From a virus (taxonomy: Duplodnaviria; Caudoviricetes): a DNA stretch of 64,000 nt. The stretch lies in IMG/VR virus record IMGVR_UViG_3300047282_000191, positions 25,717 to 89,716 of that record. The stretch is one strand, 5' to 3'. Positions 1-9,297 of this stretch are shown here, one piece after another (position 1 is the stretch's first letter; each line of letters opens with the position of its first letter). Under the pieces are notes generated by a model. It searched no databases and was not told where the DNA came from. It was given only the letters and a program-made list of their open reading frames with translations. The translations under genes and the position numbers were made by a program.

Positions 1-232
1 TAAAATGATCGAACATCTTTTGCTGATAAGGGTAAAGACTAAACGGAACTAAACCCTCATCAAGGTTAATGATCTTAATGTACTTATTTGCAAAGTACGC
101 AGGATCATTCATACACTTAATGTATTCTGATAGTTCGTCTTGGGAGAAAGTCTGTTGAACACCGTCTCGTTTGACGAGCGGGTTCCCTAGATACCCGTAC
201 TCGTTATTCGTTAGGTGTGTTAGTGTTGACAT
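1..232 (-). CDS. gp17: Terminase large subunit, 5' end only (runs off the window)
   Basis: Not in the ORF track. Translated by hand from ATG at 232: MSTLTHLTNNEYGYLGNPLVKRDGVQQTFSQDELSEYIKCMNDPAYFANKYIKIINLDEGLVPFSLYPYQQKM. YLGNP..K, KC..DP.YF..Y.KI and LVPF.LYPYQ are T4-like gp17 N-terminal motifs; lies directly downstream of gp16. Confidence 0.93.
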   Translation of the reverse strand, partial: MSTLTHLTNNEYGYLGNPLVKRDGVQQTFSQDELSEYIKCMNDPAYFANKYIKIINLDEGLVPFSLYPYQQKMFDHF

Positions 233-671
233 CGATCACGGCATTCTTATTCTTTTGTTGATCAAGAATAAAACGTTGTAGGTCTGTTGTAGATCCTACA
301 AATACATTATTATTGGTTATTTGTTCGGGAGTAGATTTAGCCTTCGGCCCATTGCGAAGGTTTTGGAGCTTTTTCTGGAGATCAGCAAGCTTATCAGTAT
401 TATCGGCTTGTGTTTTTAATAAACCAGCTAATACTTCGAAAGCACGAGGATGTTGCGAATCCTTTGCAAGTTCCATCATAAGATCGATAGCTACATTCCC
501 CTTATCAATAAGCTCTTTATATGTCTCTCTCGACACATCATAGTCAACCTGCAGGTCGTCGACCGGTGGCGAAGATTCCAATGGTGCCGATATCGGCATA
601 TTCTTACTAAGGGCTTTTGCTATCTTCTCTTTTTTGCTTTCAATAGTATCTATATTTTTCATATCGTTCAC
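204..671 (-). CDS. gp16: Terminase small subunit
   Basis: DY..SRETY..LI..G..AI..M..LA..SQHPRAFEV motif and NNNVFVGST..LQ, typical of T4-like gp16; sits between gp15 and gp17. Confidence 0.92.
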   Translation of the reverse strand: MNDMKNIDTIESKKEKIAKALSKNMPISAPLESSPPVDDLQVDYDVSRETYKELIDKGNVAIDLMMELAKDSQHPRAFEVLAGLLKTQADNTDKLADLQKKLQNLRNGPKAKSTPEQITNNNVFVGSTTDLQRFILDQQKNKNAVIDVNTNTPNE

Positions 672-1438
672 TCAACAAAACCAAAGTCTTGGTCATAATT
701 AATAATAGTTTCTATGATATCGTGCGGATCACTAGGACCAACGTTTAATGGAGAGACTTGATCATTTATTGTAGATATCTTTTTCTGTGTAGTTTGATTT
801 CTAATATTAACAGTAGAATCTTTGATAACGCCGATATCTTTTTGTATTGGTCCAAAGAATTGAATTTTCATGTTGAAATCAAGCGTATAAATTAATGCTC
901 TACGCTGTTCGAATTCACCTTCATAATCATCACTCATCGTCACAGACTGTAGAGTAATAGGCACATCTCTAATTAAATTAATCTCGGGTATTTCTTTTAC
1001 TGTTACTATATATTCTGGATTAAAATATGGTAATATCTGTTCAGTTATCTGTAAAACTTCATCTTGTGTTTTGCCAATAATATTTAATTGCATGGATAAA
1101 TTATAAGGAGCAGCAGTATAAATTGTATTAACACCGTGAATAGATGGTGTTTGTAATTTTATGTTTCTGTTAACCTTGGATTGTGTATCATATGAAACTG
1201 AAGTAATTTCAAATGACATGCGCGGCAAGCGAAGAGCAACCTCAGGAGCCAAAAGATCTGGTTCTTCCTTTAGACGTGCTAAGAATTTTTGTTTTGGACC
1301 ATATGCTAACGGTACCTTAACAGTACTTAACACATTACCCATTTGATCACGCTTAACAGTCGTGATGTTGTTGAAAAGCGTACCAAACAATGCTACGCTC
1401 TTGCGAAGGTGCTGATTATAAAAATATTGTCCGAACAT
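668..1438 (-). CDS. gp15: Tail sheath stabilizer / tail terminator
   Basis: MFGQYFYNQHLRK.V.LFGTLFN, KVPLAYGPKQKFLARL, LPRMSFEI, EQILPYFNP motifs; synteny. Confidence 0.93.
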   Translation of the reverse strand: MFGQYFYNQHLRKSVALFGTLFNNITTVKRDQMGNVLSTVKVPLAYGPKQKFLARLKEEPDLLAPEVALRLPRMSFEITSVSYDTQSKVNRNIKLQTPSIHGVNTIYTAAPYNLSMQLNIIGKTQDEVLQITEQILPYFNPEYIVTVKEIPEINLIRDVPITLQSVTMSDDYEGEFEQRRALIYTLDFNMKIQFFGPIQKDIGVIKDSTVNIRNQTTQKKISTINDQVSPLNVGPSDPHDIIETIINYDQDFGFVE

Positions 1439-1443
1439 TTATT

Positions 1444-3864
1444 TTACCAAGTGTCGTTAGACCAAGCTACACGCTTCCAAATATTACCACCAGAAACATA
1501 ATCTGTACTTGTGAATGTTAAAGGAAATACTGCTTGATACGCCATACTACCGGTACCCACATAGGTGTAATTATCATCACTAGATACGCTATCGACTATG
1601 CTAGTTGCACCACCATCAGAATCTGATATGATATCACCCACAGCAATTTGCAGTGTGTCAGCAGATTTAGTTAATTGGAAACTATTAGTATTTAAAGCTG
1701 TGGCTCCATTATATGCAGTAGCTACAGATACTTGATGTCCAACTTGTCCATAATCTGCTGTACAATAATAGATGTATCCATTGCTAAATGCTAAGTCACC
1801 TTCTAAATCACCGCTAGCTCCAGTGCTATGTGTAGGCACTGTGACAACACGACCTCCTGCCCAAGCTGTTTCTTGTACAGTAGAATCTGGGAATGTTACA
1901 CTGCCGTTTGCTCCAAATAACCATTCTTGATTAGTTATATTATTATGTGTACGTAGCTTAATATCACCACCATCATGAGCCCATATTGTAATATCACCAC
2001 CTAAACCATATGTAGATTGTCCACTTTCAATATTGATGTAACCACCATTTCCAGTAGAGCTATCACCAGCTTGGAAGTTTAAATAGCCACCCGCTCCTGA
2101 ACCATCACCGCGACCAGCTCGTACTTTAATATCGCCACCATTTCCATCTGCATCGCCGCCTGGTCCTGCCCATACATAAACATCTCCGCCTTCACCAGAG
2201 GTTCCTTCATATCCAGGTGCACCTTGTATTATTATACGTTCAGCACTAATGTTACTTGATGTTGATTCTGGACCATAAATGATTGCCTGCTGTGATGCGT
2301 CACCAAACTTTAATGTTTGTCCAGTACCGCTTGGGTTAGCATTGTCATTAATAGGTACTGTTAGTGTTGGAAAATAAGTACTACCAATTGGAGAAAAATA
2401 CCAACTGTTGTAAGCAGGACTTTCAGGATCAGTTAGATCAATAGCGTCAAGACTAATGCCTTCGCCGCTGGCAATATGGAATCCCATACCTACGCGTATT
2501 GTCGTATCAGCTCTGTCGAATACTATTCCTCCATTTATTGGTAACTCTAAATCAGCATTACCTTTAAACTGCCATAAGTTTATTGCACTACCATCATTTG
2601 ATTGAGTATTAATAAGAACTTCGTGTTTTTCTGTAAAGCTATTATCTTGATCTCTAACTGTAACGTTAGCTTTTTCTCCGCCTAAGATAAGTTGAGCTGC
2701 AGCTTCGTCTTGTGGACCACCTGCGCGAATATGAATATGATTTGGAGCAGTAGGGTCAATAACTAAGTATTGACCTCCAATACCAAAATCTCCTGTCGGA
2801 GTTATATTATATAAGTCATTATCTGGCACCAATTCGATAGTACTAAAACCAGCACCATCACCTGAAGCTGTACCATCACCAATAATTTTTACACCATTGA
2901 ATGTAATATCACCAGTACTTCCTCCCATACCTGGGAACGGGTCACCATATACTGGTGCAAATGGAATAGATTTCCAAATTTCTGGTTGATCTAATTTAAT
3001 TATGATACCAGCATAATCTGCAATTTTACTTCCTGATTGATAAGATATAGTTATTTCATTATCGATAGAATCATGAACAACGTGGTTTATTACACGACCA
3101 TATCCATCATATGTTACATATAATTTAGATCCCTGTCCTAACACGTGTGCGTCAACAAGGTCTTGATATTCTGGTTTCCATTGTGCAGAAAATACGTATG
3201 TACCAGAGGGCATCGGATATCCCATCTCATAATAAACGTTTTCAACACTAGTAAATGCTCCGTCTAATGTGCACAAGTAATATGGGTCACCATCGATGTC
3301 TACTTCTTCAGAAACCATTGTAATAGTTCTAGTAAGAGTTCCATTACTTACTGTCCAATCAACTGCTGGAGTATAATCTGTACCAGCGGTTACATTTCCT
3401 GGCTTTAATGCAATAACGTTTGTTGTATTATTAAATCTAGCTTGCAATGAAAAGTTAACTTCAGTGTCTTCGTGCATAAACACAAAGTTGGTAAACTGAT
3501 CTTGTTGAACATAGTCTTCTCGACAAACATATAAGTTGTTTGCACCGAAAGCAAGGTTACCGGAAACGTGTCCATCAACACCTAAAGCATTCGGAGGTTC
3601 ACCAACGAAGATGCCGATATCAGGTCTATCAGTTAAGTCATAGAAATCACCAGTAGTAGCAACAGTAGCAAATACTGGTTTGTTACTTAAGTCTTGATAA
3701 TTACCAGTCTTTAATACGTTACCACCGGAAATATTAACACCATCACTCGCTAAAGCTGCATAGATATCGTCGAAGTTTGCTTTTATTTTTAATCCACCGG
3801 CTCGCAGTGTATCACCAGTCTTGTCATTATTTGCTGAGCCTACATTAAGTGTTAGTTTTGCCAT
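1444..3864 (-). CDS. Fibre-like virion structural protein (gp9/gp10-type N-terminal anchor, Gly-rich segment, two G..G.LAF..Y.C..DY...IWK modules)
   Basis: N-terminus NVGSANNDKTGDTLRAGG.KI.ANF..IY resembles the T4 gp9/gp10 attachment motif; Gly-rich GGD...AG repeats; Thr/Ser/Gly-rich composition. Confidence 0.7.
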   Translation of the reverse strand: MAKLTLNVGSANNDKTGDTLRAGGLKIKANFDDIYAALASDGVNISGGNVLKTGNYQDLSNKPVFATVATTGDFYDLTDRPDIGIFVGEPPNALGVDGHVSGNLAFGANNLYVCREDYVQQDQFTNFVFMHEDTEVNFSLQARFNNTTNVIALKPGNVTAGTDYTPAVDWTVSNGTLTRTITMVSEEVDIDGDPYYLCTLDGAFTSVENVYYEMGYPMPSGTYVFSAQWKPEYQDLVDAHVLGQGSKLYVTYDGYGRVINHVVHDSIDNEITISYQSGSKIADYAGIIIKLDQPEIWKSIPFAPVYGDPFPGMGGSTGDITFNGVKIIGDGTASGDGAGFSTIELVPDNDLYNITPTGDFGIGGQYLVIDPTAPNHIHIRAGGPQDEAAAQLILGGEKANVTVRDQDNSFTEKHEVLINTQSNDGSAINLWQFKGNADLELPINGGIVFDRADTTIRVGMGFHIASGEGISLDAIDLTDPESPAYNSWYFSPIGSTYFPTLTVPINDNANPSGTGQTLKFGDASQQAIIYGPESTSSNISAERIIIQGAPGYEGTSGEGGDVYVWAGPGGDADGNGGDIKVRAGRGDGSGAGGYLNFQAGDSSTGNGGYINIESGQSTYGLGGDITIWAHDGGDIKLRTHNNITNQEWLFGANGSVTFPDSTVQETAWAGGRVVTVPTHSTGASGDLEGDLAFSNGYIYYCTADYGQVGHQVSVATAYNGATALNTNSFQLTKSADTLQIAVGDIISDSDGGATSIVDSVSSDDNYTYVGTGSMAYQAVFPLTFTSTDYVSGGNIWKRVAWSNDTW

Positions 3865-3885
3865 GATTTTTCCTATTAAATCGTT

Positions 3886-4923
3886 TTATCTTGCATCCCA
3901 CGTTGCTGTATTTTCGTCGAAACGTAAGATGTTGTTATCTAGTGAAATTGGTTTTGGTTCATATTGAGATAGCGTAAGTTGTTCATATGCTCCACCTGGT
4001 TCTCCAAATGGATTAGTTTCTGAGAAGTCGAGTATCGTATCTCCAAAACTTTCAAAGTTTTGATTCTGTGCATTTGGATCATTCGGCAACTCTAAAGCAC
4101 TACCAGCAGTAGTAATTAAGAACGAAGCTCCAGATGTCATACCTATCAATCTACGTTCAACTGCTGCATCACCAATGCCCGATTCTTGGAAATATCTTGG
4201 CTTTTTATCAGTAGATCTTATTTGGTTGACAGTAATAGCTGCAGCAATACCACCAGCAAAGTCAACAGAAGCTAAGTTGCCGTATACAAATATTGGTTTA
4301 TTATCAGTATCATAACCTAAGAACTGTTGTACTTCTTCATTTTGAACAAACGGTAGACCGTTTCCAGCCCCTAAGTTCAGTGTTTGAGATGCAGCGAATG
4401 TATTTTCGATGCCGTCAATAATATCGTAACCAGTATTAAACTTCTCACCGGAGTATTCGAATGTTTCACAATGCAATTCATACACGAAGATGTTAGCCAA
4501 TTGATAGAAAGCTGCTTCGTGTTCAACGAACTTGATTTCCATGAATGTGCCAGAAAGCGGGATGTATAATAAATCGCCTTCGTTTGGACGACCACCAATC
4601 ATGGTAGTATTTTCTCGTCCAATAAAGTTTTCCCATCTTCTACGTGATACAACAAATGTCGCCTGGTCTCGTATCTCTAAACCAAACTTAGACATGATTG
4701 TGCCTTCACCGGTATATCCGCCTTCATCGATATACATTTCAATGAAGTAAGCTTGATTGAATTCAGATGCTATAGCATCATTCATCACGCTATCTAAGTT
4801 CTTAAGGTTTCGTGGGATATAGTAAATATCTTGTCCATAAATCCTTAAGGACTCTTCGATCATGTCTTCATAGAGCCTTTGCTCTGACAGGACCCCCGGG
4901 TTAAAATACACATTGGTTGGCAT
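3886..4923 (-). CDS. gp14: Neck protein
   Basis: N.YF......EQ.L.ED...ES...YG.D.YY.PR, SKFGL...D, RP.EGDL.Y.P, FVEHE..FYQL motifs. Confidence 0.93.
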   Translation of the reverse strand: MPTNVYFNPGVLSEQRLYEDMIEESLRIYGQDIYYIPRNLKNLDSVMNDAIASEFNQAYFIEMYIDEGGYTGEGTIMSKFGLEIRDQATFVVSRRRWENFIGRENTTMIGGRPNEGDLLYIPLSGTFMEIKFVEHEAAFYQLANIFVYELHCETFEYSGEKFNTGYDIIDGIENTFAASQTLNLGAGNGLPFVQNEEVQQFLGYDTDNKPIFVYGNLASVDFAGGIAAAITVNQIRSTDKKPRYFQESGIGDAAVERRLIGMTSGASFLITTAGSALELPNDPNAQNQNFESFGDTILDFSETNPFGEPGGAYEQLTLSQYEPKPISLDNNILRFDENTATWDAR

Positions 4924-4927
4924 TTAA

Positions 4928-5665
4928 TTATCCACAGAAAAAGTCGACTGGTAATTCGTGCGTATTGCGTAGTTCTTCCTCTAATAATCTAATATCGTTC
5001 TCAGCATCATCAATATATTGACGTGCGTTGATTGTAACACCACCGGGTAATTGCATACCATCGAACTTAGCTAAGTTTGCACCCCATTGAAATTGTATCA
5101 ACGCGGTAGCATATCTCTTCAACCAAAAGTCATTCCAAATCTCATCGCTTGCTACTCTTCCGTAACCTTCAACCATGATATATTGTCCAGGTTGAATCTT
5201 TTCGCTCCATTTGGTTTCAATATACAATCGATTTCCGTGTCTCTGATATTGAACAGTCTGTACACCATTTAGTAATGAATCTAAAGTAGAAAGATATTGT
5301 TGCATCTCAACAAAGTATTGCATAGAGTCTGCTCTATATAAAGCATAGAAATCGTTTAAATACATTTGATATTTCATGTTAAACATATTCATGCCCGACC
5401 ATGCAGAAGTCAGCGGCAGTATACGAGTAACTGATATCACATCATCGCTCAACTCTAAATAACCATTAGCTATGTTGTCTTCAGTAACTAAATGTGGAAT
5501 ATACACCCTTCGTTGGGCATCATAGTGATAGTCATAATATTTTTGTAGTGCTTCATCAATGCGATCGTCTAGTTGATCTTCGTCGATATTGACTTCAAGC
5601 ACTGGCTGACCCAATGCTCTAAGACAATATTCTTTTAATTCTGCTCTATTGGTTGGGGTTGCCAT
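4928..5665 (-). CDS. gp13: Neck protein
   Basis: EL.EYCLR.LG.PV..VN..EDQ..DRIDEALQ and WLK.YATALI..QWG.NL.KF.G.QLPGGVT.N motifs. Confidence 0.94.
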   Translation of the reverse strand: MATPTNRAELKEYCLRALGQPVLEVNIDEDQLDDRIDEALQKYYDYHYDAQRRVYIPHLVTEDNIANGYLELSDDVISVTRILPLTSAWSGMNMFNMKYQMYLNDFYALYRADSMQYFVEMQQYLSTLDSLLNGVQTVQYQRHGNRLYIETKWSEKIQPGQYIMVEGYGRVASDEIWNDFWLKRYATALIQFQWGANLAKFDGMQLPGGVTINARQYIDDAENDIRLLEEELRNTHELPVDFFCG

Positions 5666-5675
5666 TTAATTTCTC

Positions 5676-6113
5676 TTATTTTTTTAGGATAGAACGAACC
5701 ATCCATGCGGTTTTTTTATGTGCAGCTAAACGATCTGCTGCATAGTTTGAGATTTGGTGTTCACGTGCACCTTCAGCAACATCATATAATCCTTGATATA
5801 AAGTAATCATGGTTTGTGTATCTGCTTGAAGCTTTTCAAACATTGTCATAGCATCTGGAAAACCTTCTTCGTCTTTGATTAGACTTTGTGCTGCATATAC
5901 TGATAATGATCCAGGAGCTTTTTCTCCTAATTGACGAATGAACTCTGCTAATACGTCAGACTGCGCAAATAAGTCTGCATAAACACCAGCAAAGAAGTCA
6001 TGGTATTCTGAGAAGTTTTCTCCCTCGACGTTCCAATGGAACATATGAGTTTTTAGATATAGGGCAAAATTAGAAGTTAAGATTTTGCGCAGTTGTTCTA
6101 CAAGTTGATTCAT
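5676..6113 (-). CDS. dps: Dps / DNA-binding ferritin-like protein
   Basis: LY.KTH..HWNV.G..F...H..F...Y......D..AE.IR.LG signature and C-terminal H.K..WM of the Dps family. Confidence 0.9.
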   Translation of the reverse strand: MNQLVEQLRKILTSNFALYLKTHMFHWNVEGENFSEYHDFFAGVYADLFAQSDVLAEFIRQLGEKAPGSLSVYAAQSLIKDEEGFPDAMTMFEKLQADTQTMITLYQGLYDVAEGAREHQISNYAADRLAAHKKTAWMVRSILKK

Positions 6114-6138
6114 GGTAATTTTCCTTATTAGACTAATC

Positions 6139-6146
6139 TATTTATA
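6139..6146 (-). promoter_or_regulatory. T4-type late promoter (TATAAATA) upstream of dps-gp13-gp14
   Basis: Plus strand reads TATTTATA at 6139-6146, 25 nt upstream of the dps start. Confidence 0.8.
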
Positions 6147-6174
6147 AAAAAATGGGGATCATTAAGATCCCCAT
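6146..6174 (-). terminator. Rho-independent terminator after the beta-barrel gene
   Basis: Minus strand ATGGGGATC-TTAAT-GATCCCCAT perfect 9-bp stem followed by a T run. Confidence 0.85.
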
Positions 6175-6201
6175 AAGATATAACAATTAAACAATTAACT
6201 A

Positions 6202-7068
6202 TTATTTAAAATCATACGCGAAAATAAAAAAGCTTCTACTATCATACTTGCCGTCATCTGTCACCCTAGGCATATATTCTGCACTAAGTCTGGCATTATT
6301 GTTGATTTTATAGTTAACTGCTGGTCCAAGATAAGCTTCTGTCATATGTGAATCATAATCATACTTTCTAACCTGAGACGATAAACCAACCATCAAATTA
6401 TCGTTGATAACTTTACCAATACTAGCAGTTATAGCATACTCTCTTTCAACATCAGATGGAGTTCCTCCACCTAAGTTTGCTTCGTATATAAAGTTTGTCG
6501 CCCATATCCAATCAGTGTTACCTATCCTATCGCTTAATAGCAACTTTGGTTCAATACCTTGTCTTCCATTAATTAACTTATGTTCAAGATAAAGCGTTGG
6601 ATTACCAAAGATTTTACCCCAGTCAGCTAAGGCATATCTAACTTCCCAACTAAAACCTCTGGTTGAAAAAGTTTGATTGTCTGATGGACCATCGTAAACA
6701 GTATGATGATATAAATCTAATTCTAGTCTATTACCTAAACCAAAAGCTAGTTCATCCCTCATCCTTATCTGTGTTGGTCCATCTCTCCTATCCCTAAAAT
6801 CAAACCATTTTTCATACTTTACATTTCCTGGTGGAGTCATTACATATGCTCTAGTACTAGCGAACATCCTAGTAGTTGTCCATACGGGTTGATCATAGTC
6901 TCCTATGACTTCAAATTGACTCTTAGGTTTTTCTGCAGTAACTTTAACTACAGGTAAAGTTGTTGCCTTTTCATCTTGTACTTTCTCAGTTGGTGCTTCT
7001 AATTTGCTCTGTGCGAATCCTAAACTACTGAATAACGCAAGAGTTATCAATGAAAATAATTTTTTCAT
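6202..7068 (-). CDS. Secreted outer-membrane beta-barrel-like protein
   Basis: Sec signal peptide (MKKLFSLITLALFSSLGFA/Q), alternating hydrophobic beta strands, C-terminal FIFAYDF(K) resembling a Bam-type aromatic terminus. Confidence 0.7.
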   Translation of the reverse strand: MKKLFSLITLALFSSLGFAQSKLEAPTEKVQDEKATTLPVVKVTAEKPKSQFEVIGDYDQPVWTTTRMFASTRAYVMTPPGNVKYEKWFDFRDRRDGPTQIRMRDELAFGLGNRLELDLYHHTVYDGPSDNQTFSTRGFSWEVRYALADWGKIFGNPTLYLEHKLINGRQGIEPKLLLSDRIGNTDWIWATNFIYEANLGGGTPSDVEREYAITASIGKVINDNLMVGLSSQVRKYDYDSHMTEAYLGPAVNYKINNNARLSAEYMPRVTDDGKYDSRSFFIFAYDFK

Positions 7069-7090
7069 GTTTTCTCCGTTGTTTGTTATG

Positions 7091-7115
7091 CGAAGGGCTG
7101 TCTTCCAACCCTCCG
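7091..7115 (-). promoter_or_regulatory. 5'-UTR stem-loop with GAAGA pentaloop upstream of the beta-barrel gene
   Basis: Minus-strand CGGAGGGUUG-GAAGA-CAGCCCUUCG: 10-bp stem with two G-U pairs, so it folds fully only on the coding strand; no U tract follows. Confidence 0.5.
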
Positions 7116-7127
7116 GTATTGTTTACT

Positions 7128-8168
7128 TTATAAGATAAATGTTACTATACCTGCTGTAGTTAAGAGTAATAGTGCCCAAGTCCCTAAAGCTTTATAGTAT
7201 GTTCCAAGCGGAGTATTAAAATACTTGTGACCCACCATCACACACTTATGAGTAGGACTTAATAGGTAACCACAAAAATCTACTGCAAAGAACCATAAGA
7301 AATACTCAATGCCAAATACTTGAGCCATCAATACAGCTATCGCTATAAATTTTCCACTACTACCCATCAAGAAACTAATTACAAAGCCAATTATAGAAAT
7401 AAGTAACATTCCAGTAAATGCTTCAGGATTCAGCACACTGGTTTTAATTACTTCTTGAAATTGACCATCGTATGTCTTCAGCCAGTTACCTAGCATGATG
7501 ACAATACCAACTACTATCAGCACATCCCATCGAATGTAATTTAATAACTTCTTAAAATTCCATTCTTGGGTTATTAACATATAATATAAAGTCAAGAAAC
7601 CAAAGCAACCTATCATCCACGATGGGTTATAGATGTACATGCCAATAGCTATGAACATCGGTATAACATTTCGTAAGACAGCAGATAGCTTAAAATTTCC
7701 TGGAGCAATTGCAATTTGTTCTTCATGCACCTGATACCAAATATACCATGTGATAAAGGCCAAACTAACAAGCAACAGCGGCGCAACCATTCCCAACCAA
7801 GCGGTATAAGTTAGACCAAATGCCGCGATCGGTAAGATAACTGTTTTTTCTAGCGGACTCCAAAAATAATAATGGTGTGTCGCTAGGTAATCAACAATAC
7901 CCAACTTTTCTCGGCCATGTCCTTCCTTAGGTGCTACAGTATCTAATAAACCAGCAGACACAGTAACTCTACCTTCAATTGGTAATACACCGCCAATCGC
8001 GCTTAGGAGTACAACAACAAACTTGTTACTTCTGAATGTGTTTCTTACATATGCGAAAGCTGGGACGAAAAGACTATGCTCTTTCGCTAGTCCAGCAGTG
8101 ATCATGATGAAGAATATCATCCAGAGGTATGATATGTTCTTTAATAGAACATTTAGGACGAAGTCCAT
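7128..8168 (-). CDS. Polytopic membrane transporter, ion-transporter (IT) superfamily, DUF401/CitMHS-like
   Basis: About 10 hydrophobic segments; GG.LP..G helix-break motif; C-terminal GYLLSP.HKC......YF...L..YYK.L typical of DUF401-like proteins. Confidence 0.65.
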   Translation of the reverse strand: MDFVLNVLLKNISYLWMIFFIMITAGLAKEHSLFVPAFAYVRNTFRSNKFVVVLLSAIGGVLPIEGRVTVSAGLLDTVAPKEGHGREKLGIVDYLATHHYYFWSPLEKTVILPIAAFGLTYTAWLGMVAPLLLVSLAFITWYIWYQVHEEQIAIAPGNFKLSAVLRNVIPMFIAIGMYIYNPSWMIGCFGFLTLYYMLITQEWNFKKLLNYIRWDVLIVVGIVIMLGNWLKTYDGQFQEVIKTSVLNPEAFTGMLLISIIGFVISFLMGSSGKFIAIAVLMAQVFGIEYFLWFFAVDFCGYLLSPTHKCVMVGHKYFNTPLGTYYKALGTWALLLLTTAGIVTFIL

Positions 8169-8178
8169 ATTTCACCTC

Positions 8179-8529
8179 TTAAACTATGTTTTTGATAATG
8201 ACCATCACGCTAATCCAAGTCCAAAGACTATTGAATGCAACTAAGGTTGGTAATAGTTTCTTATTGCTTGCCCAAATCAATGTAAGACTTGTCATAAGCG
8301 TTAAGAAATATAACCACCAAATTTGAATCCCAAAGATTAAACCTGGGACGATGATGATCGCCTTTGTGGCCCAACTAAGAGCCTCTACTATGTTATAGTT
8401 AGTCCAATACTTTCGTGTGAACCACATCGCATAGCAGTCTTTTATAGCCCTAAAGCCTGTGTGCCTATAGACTATAAAAAGTAAAGCGCACGTTATAAAA
8501 CATGCGACTAATGTTTGGAATATCGTCAT
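8179..8529 (-). CDS. Small integral membrane protein (3-4 TM)
   Basis: Hydrophobic segments, W..SN.K.LPTL..FN..W pattern; function not recognised. Confidence 0.6.
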   Translation of the reverse strand: MTIFQTLVACFITCALLFIVYRHTGFRAIKDCYAMWFTRKYWTNYNIVEALSWATKAIIIVPGLIFGIQIWWLYFLTLMTSLTLIWASNKKLLPTLVAFNSLWTWISVMVIIKNIV

Positions 8530-8532
8530 TAT

Positions 8533-9297
8533 TTATTTAAACCACCTATGAAAGGGGCATTTACTCTCATTATGTTTTTCATAACTCTTTTTTAAGAAGT
8601 TGCGCTTCAAGGTAAAAGTAAAGTTATTTAAAAATTTACGCTTTTTTAACCACATCTCATCTTTTTTATTCTTATCTCTACAAATTAAAGTATATTTTTC
8701 TTCAGTGATTGGTATCATATGAATCAGTGGAGTACCAGCTTTTATAGTGTGCACACCATTTAATTTATGCCAATACAGTTGGAAATTAATCTCTGAAGAA
8801 ATACTTGGATCTAATATTCCTGTAGCGTTAGTAAATGTGAAGTCGTCTGAATATGGAATTGGATTAATTAAAAACTTAATACCCTTTGGTGCCATTACAT
8901 GCCAAGGTGAATTAATTTTTATTATAGTCTTAAGTGTATTTGGAGGTACTGGAATATGCTTAGCAACACCATCAAATGAGTGTGTATTTATGATGGGTTT
9001 ATCAGACATTAGATCCATCAAATCCGCATTAGGTAAAATCCACTTAAATCCTTGTGGATCTCCATTAGTCTCAATACGTATATCACACCATGCTGTTAAA
9101 AAGAATCCATGATTATAAAGATCAAAAATACCTGGACAACGATACGCATGCGAAAACGTTAATCCTTTATTTTCATTCAATGTATTAATATAGTCAATAC
9201 GACTGGCTTCGAACCAATCCATCTTATAATCTTTTGCCCATATTATAGGCACTGATTCTGCTAATCCATCAACTTCAGAAAAAAACTCAATCTTCAT
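8533..9297 (-). CDS. Conserved phage protein of the CPG..D...G / DUF6065-like type (possible dUTPase-like fold)
   Basis: RCPGIFDLYNHGF...AW.D, KI.SPW....P.G, GILD and I.AGTPL..MIP motifs. Confidence 0.5.
   Translation of the reverse strand: MKIEFFSEVDGLAESVPIIWAKDYKMDWFEASRIDYINTLNENKGLTFSHAYRCPGIFDLYNHGFFLTAWCDIRIETNGDPQGFKWILPNADLMDLMSDKPIINTHSFDGVAKHIPVPPNTLKTIIKINSPWHVMAPKGIKFLINPIPYSDDFTFTNATGILDPSISSEINFQLYWHKLNGVHTIKAGTPLIHMIPITEEKYTLICRDKNKKDEMWLKKRKFLNNFTFTLKRNFLKKSYEKHNESKCPFHRWFK

Noticed and set aside
2050-2230. Collagen-like domain in the 806-aa protein
   Set aside because: It is Gly-rich but lacks a sustained G-X-Y register; it fits GG(D/Y)I.I.AG fibre repeats instead.
7069-7127. 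Known riboswitch (Mn, fluoride, c-di-GMP) upstream of the barrel gene
   Set aside because: Only a single hairpin in a 59-nt gap; none of the conserved aptamer motifs I know is present.
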